DNA from: an uncultured Pseudobdellovibrionaceae bacterium
GTDB taxonomy: Bacteria; Bdellovibrionota; Bdellovibrionia; Bdellovibrionales; JAGQZY01
Assembly: GCA_964400355.1 (NCBI GenBank)
Contig: CAYNTO010000012.1
Location: 13,290 to 77,289 of the forward strand
DNA length: 64,000 nucleotides
Direction of reading: 5' to 3'
Shown: piece by piece, positions 49,212 through 58,288 of the stretch
Layout of the letters: each line of letters starts with the position of its first letter
Position numbering within the stretch: the stretch's first letter is position 1
The notes under the pieces: generated by a model
Seen by the model: the letters and a program-made list of their open reading frames with translations, nothing else
What the model was told of the DNA's origin: nothing
The model's database searches: none
Position numbers and translations under genes: made by a program

Positions 49212-50019
49212 GGGCTTTATTGACTCCCATATCTACGAACTTTTTAACTAATGGAATATCGGTTTCGAAGAATACCTTAGGTGGGCCCTCGAGCAATACC
49301 TTACCGCTGTCCAACATAACTACGTAATCTCCGATGCGAAACGCTGCGTGCAAATCATGGGAGACGACAATAGTCGACGACCCTTTTTTATAATTATGAG
49401 TCTCAACTATCAGATTATCCACCATTTCTGTAAGAACAGGATCAAGGCCAGTTGTCGGCTCATCGTAGATCAAAATATCTGGATCTAAAGCCAGCGCTCT
49501 TGCCAAGCCACAACGTTTTCTCATACCTCCAGAAATTTCGGAAGGTAATTTGGCGTAATGCTTTTCGTCGAGACCCGCCTGCTTGAGTTTTTTATAGGCG
49601 ATCTCCAGCTTCTTCTCTCTACTTAGGTCGCGACGATGTTCATTGAGCGGAAACATGACATTCTCCAAAACAGACATATCGTCAAATAGCGCCGCATACT
49701 GAAACAAAACCCCAAATTTCATTCGCATTTGAATGTTTTCTTCTTCGCTCAGGCCGGTGATGTCACGACCGAGAATTTTAATGCTTCCCTCTGAAGGCTT
49801 CAATAATCCTAGAATGTGTTTTAGCAAAACGCTCTTACCGGTTCCGCTAAAACCGATGATCACCGTGACTTTCCCTTTGGGAACTTTGAGATTGATGCCG
49901 TTCAATACGTAATCTTTCCCATCATTAAATGTTTTGCGCAGACCATTGATTTCCACGGCGTTTTCTCCGCCAGATTTTTCTTTTGTCTGCGCAGGGGTTT
50001 CGCTGATGTTATGAGCCAT
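49204..50019 (-). CDS. mlaF: ABC transporter ATP-binding protein MlaF
   Basis: GFSGTGKS, EISGGMRKRCGLARAL and ILIYDEPTTGLDP are present. Confidence 0.85.
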   Translation of the reverse strand: MAHNISETPAQTKEKSGGENAVEINGLRKTFNDGKDYVLNGINLKVPKGKVTVIIGFSGTGKSVLLKHILGLLKPSEGSIKILGRDITGLSEEENIQMRMKFGVLFQYAALFDDMSVLENVMFPLNEHRRDLSREKKLEIAYKKLKQAGLDEKHYAKLPSEISGGMRKRCGLARALALDPDILIYDEPTTGLDPVLTEMVDNLIVETHNYKKGSSTIVVSHDLHAAFRIGDYVVMLDSGKVLLEGPPKVFFETDIPLVKKFVDMGVNKAHE

Positions 50020-50851
50020 AGGAAGTGATCTTGTAGTAGAAGTCGATAATATTCATCATAAAAAAGTCGACGACGATAATCATCACCATACTCAGCACAA
50101 CACCGCGATTTGTGGCATCACCCACATCCCGTGCGCCGCCTTTGGTGTAGAATCCGCGATAGGTGCAAATCGTAGCAAAAATAAAACCAAATACGGCCGC
50201 CTTGATTAAACCTTCGTTGATGTGGTGGGGATCGAGCCACAGCGTGGTTTTATCCCAGAACACCGCCTCGTCGAGGGCGAGCACGTATATGCATAAAAAA
50301 TAGGAGCCAATCAGTGCCACAAAATCGAAAATACCGGTAAGAAAAGGCATTGTGAGAAGTGCCGCAACAATTCTTGGCGATACCAAGTAACGGATCGGAT
50401 CCACACCCATCACTTCAATGGCGTCGATCTGTTCAGAGACACGCATCGACCCGAGGTTTGCGGCCATAGCACCGCCAGCGCGAGCCGCCACAATCAGACC
50501 GGATAGGACCGGACCCAGCTCCCGCGCAATACCCATGGCCACAGTGGGACCCACGAGACTTGTTGCATTGATCAATTTAAAACCAAGATAGATCTGAAAA
50601 GACACGGCCATCCCGGTAAATGCGCCGGTAAGAACAATGATGAATACCGACTGATTACCGACAAACTCCATGTGCTGAATAAGATCCGCAACGCGATAAG
50701 GGCGTACAAAAAACAAACGCATGGCTTGCCACGAGAATCTTGAGAATTCGCCAATTTGAAAAATGAAATCGTAGAATAGGTAAAAGATCGCTTTGAAAAA
50801 GTCGTCGATGGCGTCGTTGATTTTTGCGCGAATACCCGTAAGTTGTGTCAA
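50009..50851 (-). CDS. mlaE: ABC transporter permease MlaE
   Basis: The MlaE-type pattern GARELGPVLSGLIVAARAGGAMAANLGSMRVSEQIDAIEVMG is present. Confidence 0.85.
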   Translation of the reverse strand: MTQLTGIRAKINDAIDDFFKAIFYLFYDFIFQIGEFSRFSWQAMRLFFVRPYRVADLIQHMEFVGNQSVFIIVLTGAFTGMAVSFQIYLGFKLINATSLVGPTVAMGIARELGPVLSGLIVAARAGGAMAANLGSMRVSEQIDAIEVMGVDPIRYLVSPRIVAALLTMPFLTGIFDFVALIGSYFLCIYVLALDEAVFWDKTTLWLDPHHINEGLIKAAVFGFIFATICTYRGFYTKGGARDVGDATNRGVVLSMVMIIVVDFFMMNIIDFYYKITSYGS

Positions 50852-50885
50852 CGTTGAAAATCCTCTGTCGTCTGCTCAAAAAGTA

Positions 50886-52028
50886 CTACTCGGCAAAATA
50901 CAATCGCGGAACACGTTCGGATATTCGAGTGAGAATATCGTATGTGTGTGTTCCCGCTTTCTCAGCAACGGTTGTCGCCGACAATTGTGTACCAAAAAAT
51001 TCCACATCTTGTCCAAGCGCATTTTGCACATGGGTAACATCTACCAGTGTGTAGTCCATACACACGCGGCCAATAATTGGCGCTTGCGTTGATCCCACCT
51101 GCACAAAGCCCTTGTTAGAGAGCTGTGTGGGTATTCCATCTGCATACCCCGCCGGCACCACGCCCACTTTCGTGTCTTGCTCGGCCACCCAAGTGCCACC
51201 GTACGATACACGACCGTTCTTCTTTACATTTTGCACTGTTACTATTCTAGAGAGGAAACTCATGGCTGGGTAGAGCTTGAGACTTTGGTCCATAGAAACC
51301 GGCGAATACCCATAGGTTCCCAATCCAATACGTAAACCAAACGGAAACTGCGATGCCAAAACATCGCTCCGGCTCATATGCGCCGCTCCCCCGGTGTTGT
51401 AAGCATGAATCAACGCGTTTTTCACCGGCAACATCTGCAGGAGTCTTGCAAACGACGTGAGCTGCGCAAACGCCGAGCCTTTGTCGCTCTCTAAATCTTC
51501 AGAGGTGGCTAAATGTGTTCCACAGCCGACCACCTCGAACTGAGGTGATTGCTTTAACGCTTCGGCAAGCTTTGGCACGTCGTCTTCGCTGAATCCCAAT
51601 CGATTCATGCCCGTATTGATCTTTAAATGCACTCGCTGCTTGGTTTGAGTGGACGTTTTCGCTACCACGTCTTTTAAAGTTTCCAGTTGTTGCCAGTCAC
51701 TCACCACCGGAATCAAATGAGCACGCAGCATTTCTTCAACAGCTTCTTTGCCGGTAAAGCCAAATACCAAGATTTCCGGGCGAGCGATGCCGGCATTGCG
51801 TAAGTTCAGTCCCTCTTCAACAAGACCCACTCCAAAGTGCTTGCAGCCAGCGGCGAGGAGTTTTTGCGTCACCATGATATCGCCATGCCCATAGGCATTG
51901 GCTTTGACCATCGGACATAAAAAATTTTGCGCCGTCGGCAAGCCTTTAAAAATTTCAAAGTTCTTAGCGATATGATCGAGATGGATTTTTACATATGTCG
52001 GACGAAGCGGCTTCTGCAAGTTGTTCAC
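50886..52028 (-). CDS. alr: alanine racemase
   Basis: MVKANAYGHGD carries the PLP lysine. The C-terminal IIGRVCMDYTLVDV is also present. Confidence 0.9.
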   Translation of the reverse strand: MNNLQKPLRPTYVKIHLDHIAKNFEIFKGLPTAQNFLCPMVKANAYGHGDIMVTQKLLAAGCKHFGVGLVEEGLNLRNAGIARPEILVFGFTGKEAVEEMLRAHLIPVVSDWQQLETLKDVVAKTSTQTKQRVHLKINTGMNRLGFSEDDVPKLAEALKQSPQFEVVGCGTHLATSEDLESDKGSAFAQLTSFARLLQMLPVKNALIHAYNTGGAAHMSRSDVLASQFPFGLRIGLGTYGYSPVSMDQSLKLYPAMSFLSRIVTVQNVKKNGRVSYGGTWVAEQDTKVGVVPAGYADGIPTQLSNKGFVQVGSTQAPIIGRVCMDYTLVDVTHVQNALGQDVEFFGTQLSATTVAEKAGTHTYDILTRISERVPRLYFAE

Positions 52029-52031
52029 TCT

Positions 52032-53465
52032 CTATAAAGAGGCTCCTTTAATTCTTTCTTTAATTCGATCGCGAAGGCTCCCTGAATCTTCAGGAGAATC
52101 GATCATACACACATCAAAGCCGCTGGCCATACCGCACGCGCGTTCCGCAGCATCGAGTAAACTCATCGCATCGGCATGTTGGTCGGGAAACGCGGTCACT
52201 CCCGCCTTTACAACTGCAGTCGCAATTTTGTTCTCTTCGATAGCCGCTTTGACAATCGCCTGTAGCTTGCGCGCTTTACTCACACCTTCGGACATTGGGC
52301 AGTGAGGCAGCAGTACGCCAAATCGATGCTGGCCAACCTTCCCCACCAGATCTGTAACACGCGTGAAGCGCTTTAGAACTTTGGAAACAACTGAAGAGGC
52401 ATATTTTTGATCTGTGCGGCTGGCGCTCGCCACATCAAAAATCAACAGACTCAATGGCGAATCCAGGCGACGCGAGCGGGAAATCTCATCGGAAATTTTT
52501 GAATAAAAAACTTTGTTCGACAAACAGCCAAATTCTTTGTCCACCTGAAGATAGTTGTGAATTGTACGTGTTTTTTTAGCGTTATCAATTTTTACGCCTA
52601 AACCTTGGAGGGTTTTTTCTATCACGCTCGCTCCGATATCGGTTACGGCGGATAAAGCCACTGCAAAACCAAAAGTGTCTTCCCCAGTTTGTACGCGATA
52701 CGTCTGCGCCTCACTTGCAGAAAATACTTCCAGCAAGAAATCTCGATAGATTTTATAATCTGCAGGGTTCTCTATGAATGCCGCCATATCGTCGAGCTGA
52801 TGCATCGGCACTCCAAGCCCTTCCAGATCTTTTCTCATTCCAAAGGAAACGTCCTTGAGCATAAGAACATCGCGCACCGTATCGAGTGCAAAATAAGCAA
52901 ATGCCTTACCGGTAAAACTGCTCAAGCGTTCCAGCGCAACACGAATAGCGTCGGTATCGTCCACAGCCATTAGCACATCGGAAAGTATCGAATCCTGAGA
53001 TAGATCCATCTGCGGCATACTCGAAGTGAACAATGCGGCTTTTTCCGTGGCTGGCACCGGAGACTCGATCTGACTCATAAGCACCCATCGCTCACAGGCC
53101 AAATCTACTCGGTAGGGAATCGAATCGAGAAACTTTAGCGGATCTACGATAAAATCGTTGATCAAGCCTTTGCGCTTGAGCGCAAGCACCGCTTCGTAAT
53201 CCTCTTCTGGCGCTAGCACCATTATTTGGATCTCGCGACTCATTTTACGGATATCCATTAGCAATTTTTCATAACGCTGGGTCGATGGCAAAATCACGAT
53301 GTGCGGCAGCGCCAAATACACCGCTTGGCGCACCAGATTTTCATCGGTATAAAAATGCACTTCGTATTCGGAAGCTGCTAAGCGATCCTTTATGGCTCGC
53401 GCCAGGTAAATGTTCTCATTAAAAATGAAAACCGATATGTTCTTTTTATAATTCTCCGATATCAT
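52032..53465 (-). CDS. pseudo-receiver + degenerate GGDEF domain protein (probable c-di-GMP receptor, not cyclase)
   Basis: The N-terminal REC-like fold lacks the acidic pocket (VFIFNEN replaces DD; HIVILPS replaces the phospho-Asp). In the C-terminal GGDEF fold the A-site reads GQHRF instead of GG(D/E)EF. An RVTD (RxxD) motif is retained exactly 5 residues upstream. Confidence 0.7.
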   Translation of the reverse strand: MISENYKKNISVFIFNENIYLARAIKDRLAASEYEVHFYTDENLVRQAVYLALPHIVILPSTQRYEKLLMDIRKMSREIQIMVLAPEEDYEAVLALKRKGLINDFIVDPLKFLDSIPYRVDLACERWVLMSQIESPVPATEKAALFTSSMPQMDLSQDSILSDVLMAVDDTDAIRVALERLSSFTGKAFAYFALDTVRDVLMLKDVSFGMRKDLEGLGVPMHQLDDMAAFIENPADYKIYRDFLLEVFSASEAQTYRVQTGEDTFGFAVALSAVTDIGASVIEKTLQGLGVKIDNAKKTRTIHNYLQVDKEFGCLSNKVFYSKISDEISRSRRLDSPLSLLIFDVASASRTDQKYASSVVSKVLKRFTRVTDLVGKVGQHRFGVLLPHCPMSEGVSKARKLQAIVKAAIEENKIATAVVKAGVTAFPDQHADAMSLLDAAERACGMASGFDVCMIDSPEDSGSLRDRIKERIKGASL

Positions 53466-54846
53466 TGATCTCCCTTTTCGGCCGGCGAATTGTCGGTGTC
53501 ATATCGAGTATTGCATTGGCATTTTGCATGGCTTTGGCCACCTCTGCTTTTGCCGCGTCTTTTTTAATCACGTCGTTACCCAATTCTTTTTGGTAGGAAG
53601 AAAGTATTGGATTGAATGCGGGCTGAATGCTCGGTGTGGTGGAAATCGTTGCATTTTGCGGGTCTACCAGCTTGCGCAACTCGCGAAGTTCCTGTTCGAG
53701 CAGAGTGATGTGTGGAGACTCCAGTTGAAACTGCGCCTTAATGCGATTCAGATAACCTAAGCAGTTGATTGCACGGGAACGCACACTTTTTGTGAGTTCC
53801 GCCTCGTCGATCATCGGCGCGACGGCTGGAGCGGCAGTAGTCTCCGGAACCGTTGCAGTCGTAGTGGCACTCACCGCAGTGGCGGCGGCACCCAAACCAT
53901 TTTCCTCGATAAGGTCGGCCAGGTACTCCACCTCTACCAATTCATCGTGAGCGGCAATTGGAATTTCCTCGATGCCGCTCGCGCTTCGAATCTTTTCCAC
54001 CGCTACTTGCAGGCGTTCAAACATCGCTTTGAACAATAAATGCAATGCAAACACTGCAATTGCACCTAGGATCAAAGCGAAGACCATTAAACCGTAAAAG
54101 CGCGAGAGCGGAAGCGTTGCCACACGGTTCTGCGGAATTACTTTAAACACGTAGGATTGCAAAAAAGGATGGAACTGATAGAGCACCACTTGATTGCCTG
54201 CGGTTTTGCCCGTAAGCACGCCTTGAGTTTTACCACTAAGGTTTTTGGTGCGACCTTCAATGAGCTTCATGTCTTTTGCATTCGTCGAAAAAATCTCTCC
54301 TGCTTGAGGTGAAACGATATGAAGGCTTTCCACCACCGAACTTTTTTTAAGTATTTGCGCCATGCTCTTTTGGTCCATAAAGAACGAAAAGAAGTGAACC
54401 GCATTGTCCGCCATTTTAGGGATGATGAACGCGTAACCCGTGGAGCGATCATCGTAGCGCACCATGGCCCACGAATTGCGCGACTGCGGAGTAGAATCAA
54501 ATGCAATTTGGCTGGCCAGAGATTTGGCTTGCCCGCGCATGCCCGGAGAGCCTTCGAACCACTGCGCTTTCCATTTTCCCTCGGAAAACATCACGTGGGC
54601 CATCAATGGAATTTGTAGCGCCTTCATTTGCGTTTCCACGTTCTTGCCATTAGCAACGGTTTTAAACCGTTCAAGCTCACTGACAACTCCGCGCACGCGC
54701 TCCTCGAGAATATCCATTTCACTTTGAATAGCGGCTTGAGCATAACTTTCGGAATAAACGCGAAACGCTTTCCACGCGATTATGGAAAATGCTCCAGCCA
54801 TGAAAACGCTCAAGAACACTAAAAACTTTAGTCTATAACCCATCAT
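53446..54846 (-). CDS. two-TM membrane protein with periplasmic sensor-like domain and no recognisable output domain
   Basis: TM1 is LKFLVFLSVFMAGAFSIIAW. A roughly 230-aa periplasmic region follows, then TM2 FYGLMVFALILGAIAVFALHLLF, then an Ala/Thr-rich linker and a coiled coil. It overlaps the downstream GGDEF-like gene by 20 nt. Confidence 0.5.
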   Translation of the reverse strand: MMGYRLKFLVFLSVFMAGAFSIIAWKAFRVYSESYAQAAIQSEMDILEERVRGVVSELERFKTVANGKNVETQMKALQIPLMAHVMFSEGKWKAQWFEGSPGMRGQAKSLASQIAFDSTPQSRNSWAMVRYDDRSTGYAFIIPKMADNAVHFFSFFMDQKSMAQILKKSSVVESLHIVSPQAGEIFSTNAKDMKLIEGRTKNLSGKTQGVLTGKTAGNQVVLYQFHPFLQSYVFKVIPQNRVATLPLSRFYGLMVFALILGAIAVFALHLLFKAMFERLQVAVEKIRSASGIEEIPIAAHDELVEVEYLADLIEENGLGAAATAVSATTTATVPETTAAPAVAPMIDEAELTKSVRSRAINCLGYLNRIKAQFQLESPHITLLEQELRELRKLVDPQNATISTTPSIQPAFNPILSSYQKELGNDVIKKDAAKAEVAKAMQNANAILDMTPTIRRPKREINDIGEL

Positions 54847-55069
54847 TATCCCCGATGTATTAAGGCTTATAAAATTACAAAGACGTCATGTCTTTGCCCT
54901 CACAAATAAGTGTAAGTTCTGCCTAGCTGCTAATCAAGCCGAACGTCCTTTGGACTTTAGAAAAGTCGCCCCTGCTTACAGACCCATCAAAGCACACTTC
55001 GGCTAATGGGCGCTATGCACCCTATTACAAGGTAGACTATGGTCCAGCTCTTCGCTATCCTCCTAGACC

Positions 55070-55912
55070 ATGATACAACGTGCTGAATTTCTTTTAAAAA
55101 CTCCAGACTCTCAGGAAAACCTCTATCTGCAACGCTGGAAAAGGGACGACTGGCCCAGTGACGCCACGATCATCATCACTCACGGCGTGGCCGAACACTC
55201 CGATTGTTACCATCACACCGCGGAGGCCTTGGCCAATCAGCGCTTTCAAGTTTTCGCATGGGATCTCCCTGGCCACGGAAAATCTTATGGCCAGCGCGGC
55301 TACATTAAAACTTTTAGTGAGTTTTCAGATCGATTGGATTTTGTTGTTCAGGAGATTCGAAAACTCACTCTGGATAGCAACCCGATTTATCTCTTCGGTC
55401 ACTCGCTGGGTGGGTTGATTACGCTCAAATATATTTTGGATCACCCCAAGTCGCCTGCGAAGGCATTGCTGTTGAGCTCTCCGGCACTGGGTGTGGCTGT
55501 ACAGGTTCCAAAATTTAAAGACAAGGCTGCGCGCCTACTCAATGTGATAGCTCCAAAGATAACAATTCCTCACGAACTCAACTTCGAAGACCTTAGTCGT
55601 GATCGCACCATAATCGCAAACTATCCAAAAGATCCTCTCCGACACAAAAAGTATTCGGCGCCGTTGTATTTGGGGATTCTGAACACCATGGACGAGGTGA
55701 ATTCTCGGGCACATCACATTGAAATACCTGTATTTATCCAGGCGGCAGGCGTAGACAAGATCGTCGATACGCTCGCCGCTCAGCAGTTCTTCCGCCGCCT
55801 CGGCTCCCACTCCAAAATGATGAAAGTGTACGAAAACAGCTACCATGAAATCTTCAATGATCTCAATCGCCAAGAAGTCGTTGACGATCTTGTTAGCTAT
55901 TTAAGACAATAA
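55070..55912 (+). CDS. alpha/beta hydrolase (lysophospholipase / monoacylglycerol-lipase-like)
   Basis: HGVAEHSDCY, the GHSLGG nucleophile elbow and C-terminal YHEIFND are present. Confidence 0.8.
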   Translation: MIQRAEFLLKTPDSQENLYLQRWKRDDWPSDATIIITHGVAEHSDCYHHTAEALANQRFQVFAWDLPGHGKSYGQRGYIKTFSEFSDRLDFVVQEIRKLTLDSNPIYLFGHSLGGLITLKYILDHPKSPAKALLLSSPALGVAVQVPKFKDKAARLLNVIAPKITIPHELNFEDLSRDRTIIANYPKDPLRHKKYSAPLYLGILNTMDEVNSRAHHIEIPVFIQAAGVDKIVDTLAAQQFFRRLGSHSKMMKVYENSYHEIFNDLNRQEVVDDLVSYLRQ

Positions 55913-55916
55913 CTCT

Positions 55917-56510
55917 ATGAACACATTAAAACGCGTTATTTCTATTTGTGCATTCGCCTCACTCGCAGCTTGTGCGACGAGCTCACCACCGACGGCCACC
56001 AGTGAGTATATCAACTCAGTGGAAGAATTCAGCGCGGGTGATATTCAGTATGAAGGGGCCTACGCCAATTTCAATTACCGTGCGACAATTTTTAGCCCCG
56101 GTATGCAGCGTTTATACATCAATAAAAAAGCGGAACTGTACTTGTGGTCCGACGCCAAGAAGGCTTCGGAGCTTTCCGCTTTGCAAATCAATAATGATAA
56201 GTCCACTCACATTTTTTTGAGCTTTTTTACTCCCAACAAATGGGATGACAATATGAGCACCTCAAAATCGATTTGGACCGTTTATTTGCATGTGGGTGGC
56301 AACCGTTACGAAGGCAAGGTCACTAAAAATCGCGATAGCCGTACTGAAATCAACTCTATATTCCCATTTCACGGGCGTTACGCCAGTGCCTACAGCGTCG
56401 ACTTCCAAGTTCCCGTCTCTCAACTCACCGGGCAGGAACTACAAATCACCATCACTGGCCCACTGGGCGTAAAAACAGTGAAGTTCCCAACGACGGCCAC
56501 AGCTCTTTAG
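55917..56510 (+). CDS. lipoprotein of unknown function
   Basis: The lipobox is ASLAAC. The gene starts 4 nt after the hydrolase gene. Confidence 0.55.
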   Translation: MNTLKRVISICAFASLAACATSSPPTATSEYINSVEEFSAGDIQYEGAYANFNYRATIFSPGMQRLYINKKAELYLWSDAKKASELSALQINNDKSTHIFLSFFTPNKWDDNMSTSKSIWTVYLHVGGNRYEGKVTKNRDSRTEINSIFPFHGRYASAYSVDFQVPVSQLTGQELQITITGPLGVKTVKFPTTATAL

Positions 56511-56568
56511 TAAAAAAATGGCGTGATGGGTTCCACCACCACGCCGCACACGAATTTACTAGAACTTT

Positions 56569-57273
56569 CTAGTGCTTGAGTTCTGCTTTAAAGCGAATGG
56601 CGCCGGCTGTCGGCACCAGGAGCGTGAGCGCTTCTGCGCTCCCATAATGGTCTTCCAAGAACTGAATCACACTCGGCAAATAACCATTAAAACTACGAAC
56701 CGTGTTCATGCCCATAATTGGAGCGGCCATCGCACGTAAACAGTCTACGGCTTTTGTCGCCGATTCGCAGTGAGCTTCCGAGTAGGGAGTGAGCGTGGGC
56801 TCCGTAAAGCCGCCCGATAGGACCACTTGATCTTTGCCAGCCACTTGCGAAACGATATGGCTACTGAGTGCCGTGAGACTGTGGCGATTAACACTAAATA
56901 CTCCGCAGAGATCTTTTGTTTTTCCGTACATTGTTTCAAAGTGGATACCGTTTACGTTTTTGCCGTCGACCTGCACTTCGAAAGTTTTGCTTTCGCCAGC
57001 AGCAATGCCGCCCGTTTCCATAACTGTCACCGTAGACATCTTCTTTCTGAGTTCGGCGGCGCGATCGGCGGTTGCACCTGTCTCACACAGCTTTACGAAC
57101 GGTGCCGTGGTCACTGCACCTAAGTGGCTATCAGCCTCTGCATTTGCACTAGAGTATAGAACACCTGGCGATAAACCCATGGCTGAGCCGTTGGTGATCG
57201 TGATTTTATAAACATCGGCGTGTGCGAGAGTCGCGCCGCTAGCCACTAGACACACAAGAATTTGTTTCAGCAT
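56569..57273 (-). CDS. secreted protein, possibly spondin_N-like
   Basis: The signal peptide is MLKQILVCLVASGATLAHA. YKITITNGSAMGLSPGVLYS...FVKLCETGATADRAAEL follows the bacterial spondin_N pattern loosely. Confidence 0.4.
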   Translation of the reverse strand: MLKQILVCLVASGATLAHADVYKITITNGSAMGLSPGVLYSSANAEADSHLGAVTTAPFVKLCETGATADRAAELRKKMSTVTVMETGGIAAGESKTFEVQVDGKNVNGIHFETMYGKTKDLCGVFSVNRHSLTALSSHIVSQVAGKDQVVLSGGFTEPTLTPYSEAHCESATKAVDCLRAMAAPIMGMNTVRSFNGYLPSVIQFLEDHYGSAEALTLLVPTAGAIRFKAELKH

Positions 57274-57335
57274 ATTTGCTCCTTTGTGAAACGTTGAATC
57301 TGCCGTCTATTTTATAAAAAATACAGTGACTACCA

Positions 57336-57348
57336 TATACTAAAAGTA
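57336..57348. promoter_or_regulatory. candidate LysR-type T-N11-A box
   Basis: T-ATAC-TAAAA-GTA-T-A: a dyad ATAC/GTAT sits within a T-N11-A frame. It lies in the 100-bp divergent region between the LysR gene and ORF 56569..57273. Confidence 0.3.
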
Positions 57349-57373
57349 TTATACCCCTATAACTGGAGGTTAA

Positions 57374-58273
57374 ATGTCTCTCGCAGAACACCTAGAAAAG
57401 TTGCGTCATTTCCATCGCCTCGCTGATTTTCGCTCCATCAATGAAGCATCAAAAGTCATAGGAATTTCTCAAGCCGGCTTGTCGAAAAGCCTCTCCAACC
57501 TGGAAAACATTATTGGTCACTCCCTATTTATTCGAACTCCAGATGGATTGGTGCTGACTCGCGAAGGTGCGATAGTTCTCAGCACCACAAAGACCATCTT
57601 GCAGGAGGCTGCGCTGCTCGAGACGACCCTGCGCTCGACGAGCGACATGAGCCATCCCGAACACTTACACATTGGCCTTTACGACAGTATCGCCGTGTAC
57701 TTCTTTTCGGCACTTTCAAGCTACATGAAAACCATTTACAAAACTGTAGACATTGAACTGCTCGTGGATTCCAGTAAAAACCTTGCACTGGCAGCCGGGA
57801 AAAATGATATCGATCTGGCCATCGGCGTAAATTTTAAAACTAGAATTCCCGCCAACTGTTCCTACCGCTCCTTATTTGAAGATCATTTTTCTTTTTATAC
57901 GGCGGCCAAGAACGTGGACGATGCGGAAAATCTTCCGTTGATTATTCATCCAGGTGCGGAGAGCGGTGACGGCCAGACTGTGGAGTCGCTGATTCAATAC
58001 ACCATTGCCAAACGTGGTGCCCATCGAGTTCATAACTTTGAAACATTGAAAACTCTCACGCTGCAAAATTTAGGCGTGGGCGTTCTTCCCACACAGGTTG
58101 CAAAACCGCTGGTCAATGCCAAGGCGCTCGCTCAAGTCACTCTCAATAAAACCAAGCGGCTTTTTGGAAGTCATGAAATTGGCGTGTTGATTTCTAACAA
58201 GCTCACGAAAGCTCACCCGGAGTTTTCCAATGATATTTTTAGGCTTGGACAACAGTGGGTGGAATCGACCTAG
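57374..58273 (+). CDS. LysR-family transcriptional regulator
   Basis: The N-terminal wHTH reads FRSINEASKVIGISQAGLSKSLSNLENIIGHSLFIR. A roughly 200-aa substrate-binding-type domain follows. Confidence 0.85.
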   Translation: MSLAEHLEKLRHFHRLADFRSINEASKVIGISQAGLSKSLSNLENIIGHSLFIRTPDGLVLTREGAIVLSTTKTILQEAALLETTLRSTSDMSHPEHLHIGLYDSIAVYFFSALSSYMKTIYKTVDIELLVDSSKNLALAAGKNDIDLAIGVNFKTRIPANCSYRSLFEDHFSFYTAAKNVDDAENLPLIIHPGAESGDGQTVESLIQYTIAKRGAHRVHNFETLKTLTLQNLGVGVLPTQVAKPLVNAKALAQVTLNKTKRLFGSHEIGVLISNKLTKAHPEFSNDIFRLGQQWVEST

Positions 58274-58288
58274 CATTGAAAACTCAAA

